A DNA stretch of 64,000 nt from Candidatus Omnitrophota bacterium (GCA_026387355.1 JAPLLW010000011.1:9504-73503), one strand, 5' to 3'; shown: positions 28,087-38,246, counted from the first letter of the stretch. Notes: a model not told the origin generated them from the letters alone. Numbers and translations are program-made.

Positions 28087-28653
28087 CTAGAATATCTCTT
28101 TGAAGCGGGAATTTAATTTAGAATAGATAATCGTTGCAACAAGCGCCTTTAAGATATCTCCTACAATAAAAGGAATAAAACCTAAGGTAAGTGCATTTAA
28201 AAGACTGCACCTGAAAAGCTGTTTAATCCACAGGCTTCCACAAACCAAAATCAATATATCCGCTACACAAAATAGCAAGAAAGTAGTCGAGAAATCACTT
28301 TTAAAATATTTCAAGAAAGTCCCCAGGAAAATAGCCGCAAAGATAAAACCGAATATATAACCTGAGGTTGGACCAGAAAGATAAAGCAGGCCGCTACCGC
28401 TTCCCGTAAACAAAGGAATACCAGCAATTCCTAATACGGCATAACATATTTGCGAAAATCCCCCTAGCCTTGAACCTAAAAATGCTCCGGATAATAAAAC
28501 GAAAAGTGTTTGCAGTGTTATAGGCACTGGCGTAAAGAAAAGAGGAATGCGCACAAAGGCCCCTAATGCCGTCAATATAACAAATACTGCCACTGCAATT
28601 ACTTTACATAAATCTTTATTTATGATTATTTCTTTTTTTAAGATAGCTTCCAT
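28087..28653 (-). CDS. bioY: Biotin transporter BioY
   Basis: PVPITLQT, GPTSGYIFGF, PFIVGDILK. Confidence 0.92.
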   Translation of the reverse strand: MEAILKKEIIINKDLCKVIAVAVFVILTALGAFVRIPLFFTPVPITLQTLFVLLSGAFLGSRLGGFSQICYAVLGIAGIPLFTGSGSGLLYLSGPTSGYIFGFIFAAIFLGTFLKYFKSDFSTTFLLFCVADILILVCGSLWIKQLFRCSLLNALTLGFIPFIVGDILKALVATIIYSKLNSRFKEIF

Positions 28654-28740
28654 TATTCCTCCCTGCCTACTTAAAACCGATAGGCGTAATTAGTTTGCTT
28701 AGTTAGTAATTATACCTAAAATTTATAGAAAGTAAAGCTT

Positions 28741-30534
28741 CTACCATTGAAATTTTAATCCCGTTTTAATCCATCTTCCCGGCTGGAGGACCCCTCCTAC
28801 TTCGCTGTATTGCGTATTGGTGAAATTATCCACGCTTACAAATGGCTCTAAAGAAAAATCCTTTGTCTCAAATTTTTTTCCTAAATAGATATTCCCGACA
28901 AAGTAATTATCGCTGTAATACCTGTCGTTATAAGAAAACTGCCAATTTAATTTTAACCCGCAAACTAAAGTATATATATCAAGGAGATACTGGTGTTTAA
29001 GTATATCTAACGCATATTTTGACTGAAATCCATTTGCCTTTCTGTTCGCATACATATAATTATATGAAAACCCTACTTTTGGTACTTTTAAGAATTTAAA
29101 GTCGGCATTGGGATTGATCTTGAAATTGAATTCTAGCCCGCTATAATCCACTCTCCCCAGATTCGTCGCCTGCCAAGGCTGAGTTGATACGCTGCGCGTC
29201 CAATCAATCAAATTATACCCGCGACGCAAAAATCCTGCTAACCCAGTTTCTAGAAATTCATTTGCAAAATCCAGCCCTAATCTAAAATTATAGGAATATT
29301 CTTCTTTTAGATTTGGATTTCCTTTGTTTCCGGGGTCGGAATAATACAGTTCAGTAAATGAGGGTAGTCTGTACGACCTGGAAACAGCTCCGTTTATTTT
29401 CAATTTATTATCTATCAAATAATACCCTAGCCCCAAATTAAATGACTCCTGCCAGTTCCATTTCTGATAATAATCAACCCCGAAATTAAAATTAGACCTT
29501 AACCTCCCCGCAGGATCAAGGGAAAAACCCAGAGTAGCGCCTTCATGGCGCCTTGAATGCTTACCTAAATTAGTAGAGTTTATCTCTTCTTCTACGATAT
29601 TAAACCCCAATGATGCTTTTCCGTATTTAACCGGACGCTCAAAATTGGAATCAAAACCATAGACATAAGTAGTGTGGTAATTTACCGAAGTCGGGTTATT
29701 TCTTTGTAAGATAAACTTATCATTATGCTTCCTTAAATAGAGACTTGTCTTAAAGAAACCTGGATTTAATTTAAACTTAGCCCCTGTTTTATAAAAGTAA
29801 ATTTCTGTGTGCTCTTCCTCTTCGGGGTATAAATTGGAGTAGAAACTATCCGCGCCAAAATCTTTTTTCTGATAACCGGCTAAGAGATCTAAATCAGCAA
29901 ATTCATAATCTTTAGTCAGGTATAAAGAAGCGGTTTGATTCTCAAAATCAGTGTTCGGCACTGCAGCCTGGGCTTTCTTATGGTCAAAAGAAAACCTCCC
30001 TGAAATTACCTCAGATGGGAAAGTCAGAGATAGCGCCTGTCCGAACAAAGCATGCTCTCCGAATAAAGCTTCTAAATTGAATTTTTTTTGCGTAGGCTTC
30101 TTGACCACCATATTAACACTTCCGGCAAAAGCACCGGCGCCGTATAAAGAAGAATCCCCGATTTTGTCGACATTAATTCTTTCGACATCAAAAATTGTTA
30201 AAGGAATATCCAGGTTGTGGTGGCCTGTTTGAGGATCCATAACATTTATCCCGTCAATAGCTACTGCTACTTCTTCAAAGTTAGAGCCATTAAGCGATAA
30301 GTCGCCTTGAATTCCCATCGGAGAGCGATTACGCAGATCTATTCCCGGGACATAGTTAAGAACATCGTAGGTAAAAGTGGCATCGCCTTCACCAATGCCC
30401 TCTATATTAAAGCTTTCAAAGCCTTCTTGGCTCTGGGTCTTTACCACAATCTTATCCAAAGCATAAGGCTCGGCAGAGAAGAGAGGAGTTAAAAACAGAA
30501 AAAACGCTAAGATAATCCCATATATTATTTTCAT
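28741..30534 (-). CDS. TonB-dependent outer-membrane receptor, probably biotin-related
   Basis: Signal peptide, plug (VPGIDL...IDGI...SSLYGAGAFAGSVN), GNPNLKEE, C-terminal PGR...FQW; start MKIIYG at 30534; lies between birA and bioY. Confidence 0.88.
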   Translation of the reverse strand: MKIIYGIILAFFLFLTPLFSAEPYALDKIVVKTQSQEGFESFNIEGIGEGDATFTYDVLNYVPGIDLRNRSPMGIQGDLSLNGSNFEEVAVAIDGINVMDPQTGHHNLDIPLTIFDVERINVDKIGDSSLYGAGAFAGSVNMVVKKPTQKKFNLEALFGEHALFGQALSLTFPSEVISGRFSFDHKKAQAAVPNTDFENQTASLYLTKDYEFADLDLLAGYQKKDFGADSFYSNLYPEEEEHTEIYFYKTGAKFKLNPGFFKTSLYLRKHNDKFILQRNNPTSVNYHTTYVYGFDSNFERPVKYGKASLGFNIVEEEINSTNLGKHSRRHEGATLGFSLDPAGRLRSNFNFGVDYYQKWNWQESFNLGLGYYLIDNKLKINGAVSRSYRLPSFTELYYSDPGNKGNPNLKEEYSYNFRLGLDFANEFLETGLAGFLRRGYNLIDWTRSVSTQPWQATNLGRVDYSGLEFNFKINPNADFKFLKVPKVGFSYNYMYANRKANGFQSKYALDILKHQYLLDIYTLVCGLKLNWQFSYNDRYYSDNYFVGNIYLGKKFETKDFSLEPFVSVDNFTNTQYSEVGGVLQPGRWIKTGLKFQW

Positions 30535-30542
30535 TTTTAGAA

Positions 30543-30579
30543 TAAAAAAACTCCAGCCCATATTATATATGGGCTGGAG
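30543..30579 (-). terminator. Intrinsic terminator after birA (loop contains TATAAT)
   Basis: CTCCAGCCCATA/TATGGGCTGGAG perfect stem followed by T7 on the minus strand. Confidence 0.7.
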
Positions 30580-30581
30580 CC

Positions 30582-30615
30582 ATTGTCAACTATTCTAGTA
30601 TGCTTGGTTTACAAT
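30582..30615. promoter_or_regulatory. BirA operator overlapping the -35 of the TonB receptor promoter
   Basis: ATTGTCAAC-N16-GTTTACAAT matches the BirA box pattern TGT[AC]AAC-N14-16-GTT[TG]ACA; TTGACA (30584-30589)-16 nt-TATAAT (30562-30567) on the minus strand. Confidence 0.8.
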
Positions 30616-30645
30616 TGCAAGGAAAGATTAACTACTGGTAGAAAA

Positions 30646-31605
30646 TTACCTGCAGTGGACTACATCGCCGGTCATAACCTTCTGGGTTAAACCGGAATCT
30701 TTTCTTATTAATAATCCTCCGTCTTTATCAATATCTACTGCCTCTCCCTCAATATGTTTACTCTGGCAATAAACCTTAACCCTTCGGCCTAAGGTAAGAT
30801 TATTCTGGCGCCATTTATCAATAATAATAGAGCTACCTTTCTTGGCTAAAAGTAAATAATTTGCTTCGAGCCTGCGTAGTATCTCCTGCAACAACTCCAG
30901 ACGGCTTACCTCTTCTTTCTTCTGCTCCCTCAAAGATGTAGCGCCGCTAATCAAAGACTTCTTATCATTATTCACGTTTATGCCGATACCGATATTTACA
31001 AAATTAACTTTATCAGTTTCAGCGCTTATCTCTGTAAGTATCCCGCCGAGCTTCTTACTGTGTACTAAGATATCATTCGGCCATTTTATCTGCGCATCGA
31101 TACCTGCAACTTCTTTTACTGCTTCGCAAATACTAATTGCAGCCATGAATGTTAATATCGATGCCTGCGCAGGCAAAAGATCGGGCCGCAGTATCAAAGA
31201 AAAATAAAGCCCCTTGTATTTCGGAGAAGACCAGATTCTCCCTAATCTACCCCTGCCTTTATTTTGCGCCTCGGCTAAAATCATTGTGCCTTCACTTGCG
31301 CCTTTTATCCCTAATTGCATAGCCATATCCATGGTAGAATTTAGAGAATCGAAATAAAGAATTTTTCTACCTAAAACCTTTGTATCCAAGCCATTCTTAA
31401 CCTCAAAATCAAACAACCTATCGGGACTAGATTCCAGACGATATCCGAGATGGGGAACTGCGGCGATATTGTAACCTAGATCCTTTAGCTCCTGGATATG
31501 CTTCCAGAGCGCCTGACGGCTTATTTTAAAATGGCTGCTTATCTCTTCGCCGGATATATAATCTTTTTCCCTTTTTAATAGTTCGATTATCTTTTCATCG
31601 ATCAT
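30646..31605 (-). CDS. birA: Bifunctional biotin ligase/repressor
   Basis: N-terminal HTH (ISGEEIS...SRQALWKHI), GRGRLGR, KWPND, KLGGIL. Confidence 0.95.
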   Translation of the reverse strand: MIDEKIIELLKREKDYISGEEISSHFKISRQALWKHIQELKDLGYNIAAVPHLGYRLESSPDRLFDFEVKNGLDTKVLGRKILYFDSLNSTMDMAMQLGIKGASEGTMILAEAQNKGRGRLGRIWSSPKYKGLYFSLILRPDLLPAQASILTFMAAISICEAVKEVAGIDAQIKWPNDILVHSKKLGGILTEISAETDKVNFVNIGIGINVNNDKKSLISGATSLREQKKEEVSRLELLQEILRRLEANYLLLAKKGSSIIIDKWRQNNLTLGRRVKVYCQSKHIEGEAVDIDKDGGLLIRKDSGLTQKVMTGDVVHCR

Positions 31606-32636
31606 TTCTTCAGATACTCCTCAAACTTGGCCCAAAAAGGATCTACGCCGGGATGCTTAAGCTTATACTCTTTGTTTTTCTCAAAAACACAGATGCCTTT
31701 ATTCTTTTCAACCACTTCTCCGGCTACGCTGGCAGGAATACCCTCTTTAATTAAAGCACTAACCACGGCCTGAGCCTTATTCTTCTTAACGGTTGCAAGT
31801 AATGTCCCTTCGCTTATCGAATTATAAGGATTGATATCAAAACATGCGCAGGTTTTCTTTACTTCATCCTGAACTACTATCTTATCCAGATAAATATGCA
31901 TACCCACCTGACTATGCATAGCTATCTCATAAAGCCCACCGAATATGCCGCATTCAGTAGCATCATGCATAGCAGTCACTCCTCCTACTCTAGCGACAAT
32001 CTGCGCGTCTTTTACCGTCGACATCTGATAATAAACATCTTGGGCAGGCTTGACAAATTTCTTGCCATATTTAGCCTCCAAAAACTTTGGGAAATAAGCC
32101 GCCAATAATCCTGTGGTTTCAATAGCCGGCCCCTTAGAGATAACAATCACATCCCCGATTTTTGCCTGAGGCATAATCAGTTTTTCTTTTTTATCTATAC
32201 CAAATACAGTCGCACCACCTACAAATGGGTAATTACACCCCGCATATCTAGCAGTATGCCCGGTGACAACGCTTATACCTAAAGCCTTACATTCGCTATC
32301 TACTACACCCCACATCCTGCTTAGCTCATTTTCAGTCATCTCTGGAGGAAGATTTAAATCAACAGCCAAGTATCTTGGTCTTATACCACTGACTGCTACG
32401 TCGCTAGCTAAGATATGCACTGCAAACCAAGCAGCTTTTTCTATGCCTAGCTCTTTTGCGATATAGAAAGGGTCGGTTGATAAAACCATCGCCTTATCGC
32501 CTAAATCAATTACCCCAAAATCAACCCCGGATTGAGGCTTTAGTATGACGGAAGAATCTTTTCTCCCTAATCTAGGATAAATTACTTTATTAAAAAATTC
32601 CGGATTGATTTTACCGAGTTTTGGCAGCTTACTCAT
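31602..32636 (-). CDS. AIR synthase-like (PurM/HypE/ThiL superfamily) protein
   Basis: GVDFG, STDP, SDVAVSG, TGHT, MHDATECG, SEGTL. Confidence 0.85.
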   Translation of the reverse strand: MSKLPKLGKINPEFFNKVIYPRLGRKDSSVILKPQSGVDFGVIDLGDKAMVLSTDPFYIAKELGIEKAAWFAVHILASDVAVSGIRPRYLAVDLNLPPEMTENELSRMWGVVDSECKALGISVVTGHTARYAGCNYPFVGGATVFGIDKKEKLIMPQAKIGDVIVISKGPAIETTGLLAAYFPKFLEAKYGKKFVKPAQDVYYQMSTVKDAQIVARVGGVTAMHDATECGIFGGLYEIAMHSQVGMHIYLDKIVVQDEVKKTCACFDINPYNSISEGTLLATVKKNKAQAVVSALIKEGIPASVAGEVVEKNKGICVFEKNKEYKLKHPGVDPFWAKFEEYLKK

Positions 32637-33796
32637 TTTTTATCGTATAGCGGAGACATGGCACGTAACTTATGCACAACCTTAGGTAGGTTTTCTAAAA
32701 GATAATCAATATCTGACTCTTTGGTCCATCTACCCATAGTAATTCTCACTGAGCCATGGGCAGTCTCGTGGTCAAGACCGATAGCTAAAAGCACATGGGA
32801 TGGCTCTAAGGAACTGGATGTGCAGGCAGATCCGGTAGAAACAGCTATACCCAACATATCTAGACTCAAGAGAATGGATTCGCCTTCGATATATTTTATT
32901 GAAAAATTAACATTGTTTGGCAATCTCTGCGTAGGGTGGCCGTTAAGCATAACATCGCTAATCTTCTTGGGTATTTCTTTAATTAATCTATCTCTTAAGG
33001 CAATCTGAAATTCAGCCTCTTTTTTCATATTCTTACTGCACAGCTCTATTGCCTTGCTTAAACCTACGATACCTGGAATATTATGAGTGGATGCCCTCCT
33101 GCCCTTCTCCTGATCCCCTCCCTGCAGGAATTTTCCTAAACGCGTACCTTTTCTTATAAACAAAGCGCCTACGCCTTTTGGCCCGTAAAATTTATGGCCT
33201 GAAATAGAAAGCAGGTCAACGTTTAAATTATTTACATCAACCGGTATGTGCCCTGCAGTCTGCACTGCATCAGAGTGAAAACATACTCCTTTTGCCTTGG
33301 CAATCTTTCCAATTTCAGCAATTGGCTGAATAGTCCCGATCTCATTATTCGCATGCATTATAGAGATGAGGATGGTTTTGTCGGTAATCGCCTTTTTAAC
33401 ATCTTCAGCAGAGACAATTCCCTGTTTATCAACTCCTAGATAACTAATTTTAAAACCTTTTTTCTCAAGAACTGCGCATGGTTCGCTTATAGCGTGATGC
33501 TCGATCTTAGAAGTGATAATATGGTTGCCTTTATCGCCTAAAGCCTCGGCTACCCCGAATATCGCGTTGTTATCAGATTCTGTGCCTCCAGAGCTAAATA
33601 TAATTTCATCCGGTTTTGCCCCTAGAAATTCAGCAACATTATGACGGCTATCTTCAAGCGCCTTCTTCGCCTCTTGTCCGTATGCATGTAAACTAGAAGC
33701 ATTGCCAAACTTCTCAAAGAAATAAGGCTCCATGGACTTGATCACTTCAGGATCAGTAGGTGAAGTTGCTGCGTAATCTAAGTATACCCTTTTCAT
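32633..33796 (-). CDS. nifS: Cysteine desulfurase (NifS/IscS)
   Basis: YLDYAAT, SGHKFYGPKG, STGSACTS. Confidence 0.95.
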   Translation of the reverse strand: MKRVYLDYAATSPTDPEVIKSMEPYFFEKFGNASSLHAYGQEAKKALEDSRHNVAEFLGAKPDEIIFSSGGTESDNNAIFGVAEALGDKGNHIITSKIEHHAISEPCAVLEKKGFKISYLGVDKQGIVSAEDVKKAITDKTILISIMHANNEIGTIQPIAEIGKIAKAKGVCFHSDAVQTAGHIPVDVNNLNVDLLSISGHKFYGPKGVGALFIRKGTRLGKFLQGGDQEKGRRASTHNIPGIVGLSKAIELCSKNMKKEAEFQIALRDRLIKEIPKKISDVMLNGHPTQRLPNNVNFSIKYIEGESILLSLDMLGIAVSTGSACTSSSLEPSHVLLAIGLDHETAHGSVRITMGRWTKESDIDYLLENLPKVVHKLRAMSPLYDKK

Positions 33797-34599
33797 CTGA
33801 TAAGCCCCTCGTTCATACTCCCTGTACGATAACCCTCTAAATCTATAGTGATATAATTATATCCCAATTTCTTTAATTTGTCGATTATGCTTTTTCTTTT
33901 ATCTATCAAATCAGGGATACCCTTTTTCCCCACTTCTATGCGGCATAAATTCTCGTAATCCCTGACTCTGACATGATCAAAACCAATTGTTCTTAGATAA
34001 GTTTCTGCTTTGTTAATCCGCTCAAGAATAATTGTAGAGATGCGCCTGCCATAAGGAATACGCGAAGCAAGACAAGCTAAAGCCGGCTTATCCCAAGTAA
34101 TCAGACCTAACTTTCTACTTAATTTGCGAATCTCGTCTTTATTAAGGTCCACTTTCTGGAGCGGAGATAGCACCTTGAGTTCTTTTTTTGCTTCATTCCC
34201 GGGCCTAAAATCAGATTTATCCGACGCATTGCTAGCGTCAAATATATACTTAATATTATTCTTTTGCGCGATCGACCATAATTGTGTAAAAAGTTCTTTC
34301 TTACAAAAATAGCAACGCTGGGTAGAATTAGCAATAAACTTTTTGTTATTTAATTCGCGCGTACTAATTACCTTGTGCCTGACTCCAAAACTACGGGCAA
34401 TCCTCTTAGCAAAAACCAATTCCTCTTTAGGGTAAGTAGGAGAATTTGCAGTTACGCCTAGAATCTTGTTTTTTGGAATAACCAAAGAGGCAACCTTTAA
34501 CAAAAAGGCGCTATCCACTCCGCCTGAGAAAGCAATCAGGCAGGAATCATACTTTGAAAGCAACTTTTTAAGTTTATTTAGCTTTTTTGCAAGTTGCAT
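33793..34599 (-). CDS. larE: LarE-like ATP-dependent sulfur transferase
   Basis: PP-loop SGGVDS, RCYFCK, DFRPG, ACLASRIPYG, GYRTGSMN. Confidence 0.88.
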   Translation of the reverse strand: MQLAKKLNKLKKLLSKYDSCLIAFSGGVDSAFLLKVASLVIPKNKILGVTANSPTYPKEELVFAKRIARSFGVRHKVISTRELNNKKFIANSTQRCYFCKKELFTQLWSIAQKNNIKYIFDASNASDKSDFRPGNEAKKELKVLSPLQKVDLNKDEIRKLSRKLGLITWDKPALACLASRIPYGRRISTIILERINKAETYLRTIGFDHVRVRDYENLCRIEVGKKGIPDLIDKRKSIIDKLKKLGYNYITIDLEGYRTGSMNEGLIR

Positions 34600-34605
34600 T
34601 AATTA

Positions 34606-35013
34606 TCAGAAATGTACTTCCATGGCGCGCGGCGGGCAGAGCTTTACGCAAAGTTCGCAGGCGATGCATTTCTTATTATCGAATGAAATTTCCCGTGTTT
34701 TAGGATCAACTATTAAAGCCTGTGTAGGACAAATCGGCACGCAAACACCGCAATTAGTACACCTCTCTTCATTTCTAATAACATCCTGACTTAAAGGTTG
34801 GATGCGCACGCCGCAAGATTTCAAATATTCAATACCCTTATCAAAATTCTCGCGCTTGCCCGTTAATTCCAAAACCATGAGTCCTTCTTCTTGCGGAGTT
34901 ACAAAAGCTTTAAGGATATTAAATTGTAAATCGAGCTCCTTAACCAGCTTATAAATAATCGGCTGATTAACCAATCGATGAGGAAAATGCAGAACTATTC
35001 TTTTAGAAACCAT
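34606..35013 (-). CDS. NIL-domain ferredoxin (partner of DUF39 homocysteine synthase)
   Basis: N-terminal FNILKA (NIL) domain plus CTNCGVCVPICP and CIACELCVKLCP. Confidence 0.88.
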   Translation of the reverse strand: MVSKRIVLHFPHRLVNQPIIYKLVKELDLQFNILKAFVTPQEEGLMVLELTGKRENFDKGIEYLKSCGVRIQPLSQDVIRNEERCTNCGVCVPICPTQALIVDPKTREISFDNKKCIACELCVKLCPPRAMEVHF

Positions 35014-35014
35014 A

Positions 35015-36229
35015 TCACTCCTCTTTCTGTAATATCGGCCTCTCCTTGAGCAGCTTAAAACTATACCCGGAATCTGCCGCAGGGAGCTTTGCCACTGGTT
35101 CAGTTAATTCAAAATCACCTTTTTTAATCCAAGACTTTAATTCTTCGGATATTTTAACTGCCTTGGAATAACTAGAAAGGTTTCCCGTAGGAACCTCTTT
35201 ACCTTGAATAGTTATCTTGCCGGACTTTAATTGTTCATAGCTAGCCTCTCCGAGTGAACCTGGAATAACCTGCGGATAATTCTGGCTATAATCCACAATA
35301 GGCGCGTATATATCTTTATCCTTAGCTGCGGCATGCTGAATAACTTCTTCGTCTAGAACCGGAATCGGCACACCTATACCGACGATAAGCGTAACTCCGT
35401 AACCAAGCATACTTGTACCCACCAAATATTGTGACTTCATCTGTTTCAGGTCTCCGATAACCGAAAGAGTACCTCCGGGAACCTTAGTCGTTCCATTCTC
35501 TCTACGCGGTACTCCGGGATTATGCTGCGTCCCCTGCCAGGCAACAAAACCTATTCCTCCACCTAAGAAAATCTTAGTGCCTATACCAATAGTTTTATAA
35601 TACGGGTCCTTGAGTAGCGGAGAGAGTTGACCGGCCGAACAATAATTAGCATTACCAAGATTCGGCTTAAGCATCCCTAGATAAGTATAAATCGGCTTAT
35701 CCGATAAATTTACCGCAATATTATAGTTTTGATAGGCATTACGCATATTGAATAATACTGCCTCATTCAAATCTTTGATATTAAGCAGAGTCTCTAACTT
35801 TCTACGCGGATAGCAATCAGTACCGTAAGCAGTAGCATCAAGCCGCACATCTTTACCTGCGACAATATCTTCAATTACATGTGCGCCGCCGTATTTAAAT
35901 TCTCCGGGATAAACTTTATTACGCGGATCATCATCCGGAATGGCTGTTGCGCCCATATAAATATCCACTGCGGCAAACCCGGTATACGCAGGCACATCGT
36001 TAAGCGTACAGGTTCCTCCGCCGATTTTTATACGCGGCTTAGTATGCCCAATATTAAAATATGCGCCACTTGAACACATAGGACCGAATGTCCCGGTAGT
36101 AACAACATCTACCTCCTGCGCAACCTTCTTGACCCCTTTCTTCTCAACAAGGTCTATCACTTCCTCGGCAGTAACTACAACTACCTGCCCTTTTCTTATT
36201 TTCTCGTTAATCTCTTTTATCGTGCGCAT
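35015..36229 (-). CDS. DUF39 homocysteine biosynthesis protein (L-aspartate semialdehyde sulfurtransferase-like)
   Basis: RTIKEINEKI, VDVVTTGTFGPMCSSGA, YGTDCYPR, RNAYQNY, GTQH; adjacent NIL-ferredoxin. Confidence 0.88.
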   Translation of the reverse strand: MRTIKEINEKIRKGQVVVVTAEEVIDLVEKKGVKKVAQEVDVVTTGTFGPMCSSGAYFNIGHTKPRIKIGGGTCTLNDVPAYTGFAAVDIYMGATAIPDDDPRNKVYPGEFKYGGAHVIEDIVAGKDVRLDATAYGTDCYPRRKLETLLNIKDLNEAVLFNMRNAYQNYNIAVNLSDKPIYTYLGMLKPNLGNANYCSAGQLSPLLKDPYYKTIGIGTKIFLGGGIGFVAWQGTQHNPGVPRRENGTTKVPGGTLSVIGDLKQMKSQYLVGTSMLGYGVTLIVGIGVPIPVLDEEVIQHAAAKDKDIYAPIVDYSQNYPQVIPGSLGEASYEQLKSGKITIQGKEVPTGNLSSYSKAVKISEELKSWIKKGDFELTEPVAKLPAADSGYSFKLLKERPILQKEE

Positions 36230-36268
36230 CTTTACCCTTTCTTATCTTTAAATAAATTATTAAAAAGT

Positions 36269-36490
36269 TTAAATCGCAATTACCTCTTTTACCTCCGGAA
36301 CCTCTTCTTTAAGTATTCTCTCAATTCCCATCTTTAGAGTCATCTGAGACATCGGACAGCAACCACAGCTGCCCTTAAGCTTTAATTTTACTACCCCATC
36401 ACTGGTTACTTCTATTAATTCAACATTGCCACCATCAGCAATAAGCATAGGCCTAACCTTTTCTAACGCCTTCTCTACTCTGTCTCTCAT
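36269..36490 (-). CDS. nifU: NifU/Nfu C-terminal domain Fe-S carrier
   Basis: [14 protein letters not shown]...[14 protein letters not shown]. Confidence 0.9.
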   Translation of the reverse strand: MRDRVEKALEKVRPMLIADGGNVELIEVTSDGVVKLKLKGSCGCCPMSQMTLKMGIERILKEEVPEVKEVIAI

Positions 36491-36505
36491 TTTATTCTCC
36501 TTTTG

Positions 36506-37426
36506 TTAGGTAAACAGGCCCGTGCTTAAATAACGCTCGCCGGTATCAGGTAAAATTACCACAATTAGCTTACCCTTATTCTCTTCTCTTTTAGCTACTT
36601 CTAGAGCCGCAAATAACGCAGCACCCGAAGATATCCCAGCCAATATCCCTTCCTCTTTGGCTAATCTCCGAGCTGTCTGGGCAGCATCCTCATTAGAAAC
36701 CTGGATTACCTCGTCAATAATTTTACGATTCAATATCGCAGGGACAAAACCTGCTCCGATGCCCTGAATCTTGTGCGGTCCGGGGGAGCCCCCTGATAAA
36801 ACCGGTGAATCTTTAGGCTCTACTGCAACGGCCTTAAAATTTGGCTTTTTCTTTTTAATCGCCTCGGCTATGCCCGTAACTGTACCTCCTGTTCCTACTC
36901 CGGCAACTAAAATATCAATCTTGCCGTCAGTATCTTCCCAGATCTCTCTTGCGGTTGTACGACGGTGGATCTCTGGATTCGCTGTATTCTCAAATTGCTG
37001 CAAAACAAAATATCGTTTATCATTTTTAGCTAGCTCAACTGCCTTTCTTACTGCCCCGGACATCCCTTCGCCTCCGGGAGTAAGAATAATCTCTGCACCA
37101 AAAGCAGCTAATAACTGCCTGCGTTCAAGACTCATAGTCTCAGGCATGGTCAAAATAAGTTTATATCCTTTTACTGCGCATACAAAAGCTAAAGCTATCC
37201 CCGTATTTCCGGAAGTAGGCTCAACAATAATCGTATCTTTCTTTATTCTGCTTTCCTTCTCAGCTGCCTCTATCATACTCAACCCAATTCTATCCTTAAC
37301 CGAAGAGCAAGGATTAAATGATTCGACTTTCACAACCACCGTAGCAAGCGCATCCTGGCTTAAACGGTTAAGCTTAACCAAAGGGGTATTCCCGATTAAC
37401 TCTGTGATATTCTTAGCTATCTTCAT
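36506..37426 (-). CDS. cysK: Cysteine synthase A
   Basis: [40 protein letters not shown]. Confidence 0.95.
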   Translation of the reverse strand: MKIAKNITELIGNTPLVKLNRLSQDALATVVVKVESFNPCSSVKDRIGLSMIEAAEKESRIKKDTIIVEPTSGNTGIALAFVCAVKGYKLILTMPETMSLERRQLLAAFGAEIILTPGGEGMSGAVRKAVELAKNDKRYFVLQQFENTANPEIHRRTTAREIWEDTDGKIDILVAGVGTGGTVTGIAEAIKKKKPNFKAVAVEPKDSPVLSGGSPGPHKIQGIGAGFVPAILNRKIIDEVIQVSNEDAAQTARRLAKEEGILAGISSGAALFAALEVAKREENKGKLIVVILPDTGERYLSTGLFT

Positions 37427-37429
37427 CTT

Positions 37430-37879
37430 TTAAATTTGATAAGTAGAAACGGCACTTGTCTTTTTTGTCCTCTTAACCAAATCCTCAAAAGTTATATTAT
37501 CTATAATCTTGCTCGTGGCTTTATTTACCTCATACCAAATATCTTTAAATGCGCAGGTTCCCATATCGCGACATCCTGAATACTCTTTACTTACGCAGGC
37601 AATCGGCTCAACTGAGCCGTCAATAAATCTAACTACCTCTCCAAGCTTGATCTCAGAAGGTGCTTTAGCCAAGAAATAACCACCAACGCTACCTCTTCTA
37701 CTTTCTACAAACCTGCCTCTTTTTAAATCTAGAAGTATCTGCTCTAAGAATTTAGTCGGAATATCCAGCCGCTTAGCAAGTTCAGTAATTGTTGCAGCGG
37801 GTTCTTCCCCATAATGTAGCGCCAACTCCAAAATTGTCTTTAAAGCATAATCGCCACGATAAGTTATGCGCATAATCAC
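37430..37879 (-). CDS. Rrf2 family regulator (IscR/CymR-like, three Cys)
   Basis: DYAL, FLEQIL, SRRGSVGGY, C-x7-C-x5-C. Confidence 0.9.
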   Translation of the reverse strand: MIMRITYRGDYALKTILELALHYGEEPAATITELAKRLDIPTKFLEQILLDLKRGRFVESRRGSVGGYFLAKAPSEIKLGEVVRFIDGSVEPIACVSKEYSGCRDMGTCAFKDIWYEVNKATSKIIDNITFEDLVKRTKKTSAVSTYQI

Positions 37880-37893
37880 CTCTTCTATATAAT

Positions 37894-37938
37894 CTCTATT
37901 GCTTTAGTAGAGTATACAATGAAAAAAATAGTTGTCAA
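37894..37938 (-). promoter_or_regulatory. Promoter of the rrf2-cysK operon with an imperfect palindrome near +1
   Basis: TTGACA (37933-37938), 16-nt spacer, TATACT (37911-37916); CTCTA...TAGAG inverted repeat 37894-37912. Confidence 0.6.
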
Positions 37939-37943
37939 GTTCT

Positions 37944-38246
37944 TTATGCAATTATTTTTAGAGCTTCTTTTACTGTCATTCCTTTAATCACTCCAAGCTT
38001 AGCTGCTTGCGGAGTAAGCGCAGCTACTTTTGCCCTTAATGCCTCCTCAATATTAGAGACCCCAGTTATTTTTATAGCCGCATCCTTAAACTTTCTGGCC
38101 ACGGATAAGTTAAGATAACCGCACGAAACATACCCTCGGCTTCCTCTTAAAAGAATAAAATTCTTAACGCTTAAATTAATACAAAGCGCTTCGATAATTT
38201 TAGGACCAACCTTTATCTTTCTATATACCAGCATTCTTCTTTTCAT
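37944..38246 (-). CDS. YunC/DUF1805 family protein
   Basis: GYVSCGYLNL...AAIKITGV...A-x-x-LGV-x-x-GMT-x-KEAL. Confidence 0.8.
   Translation of the reverse strand: MKRRMLVYRKIKVGPKIIEALCINLSVKNFILLRGSRGYVSCGYLNLSVARKFKDAAIKITGVSNIEEALRAKVAALTPQAAKLGVIKGMTVKEALKIIA

Noticed and set aside
30535-30561. ORF-track start of the TonB receptor at 30561
   Set aside because: This ATG is immediately after the -10 box, inside the hairpin; the signal peptide fits the ATG at 30534.
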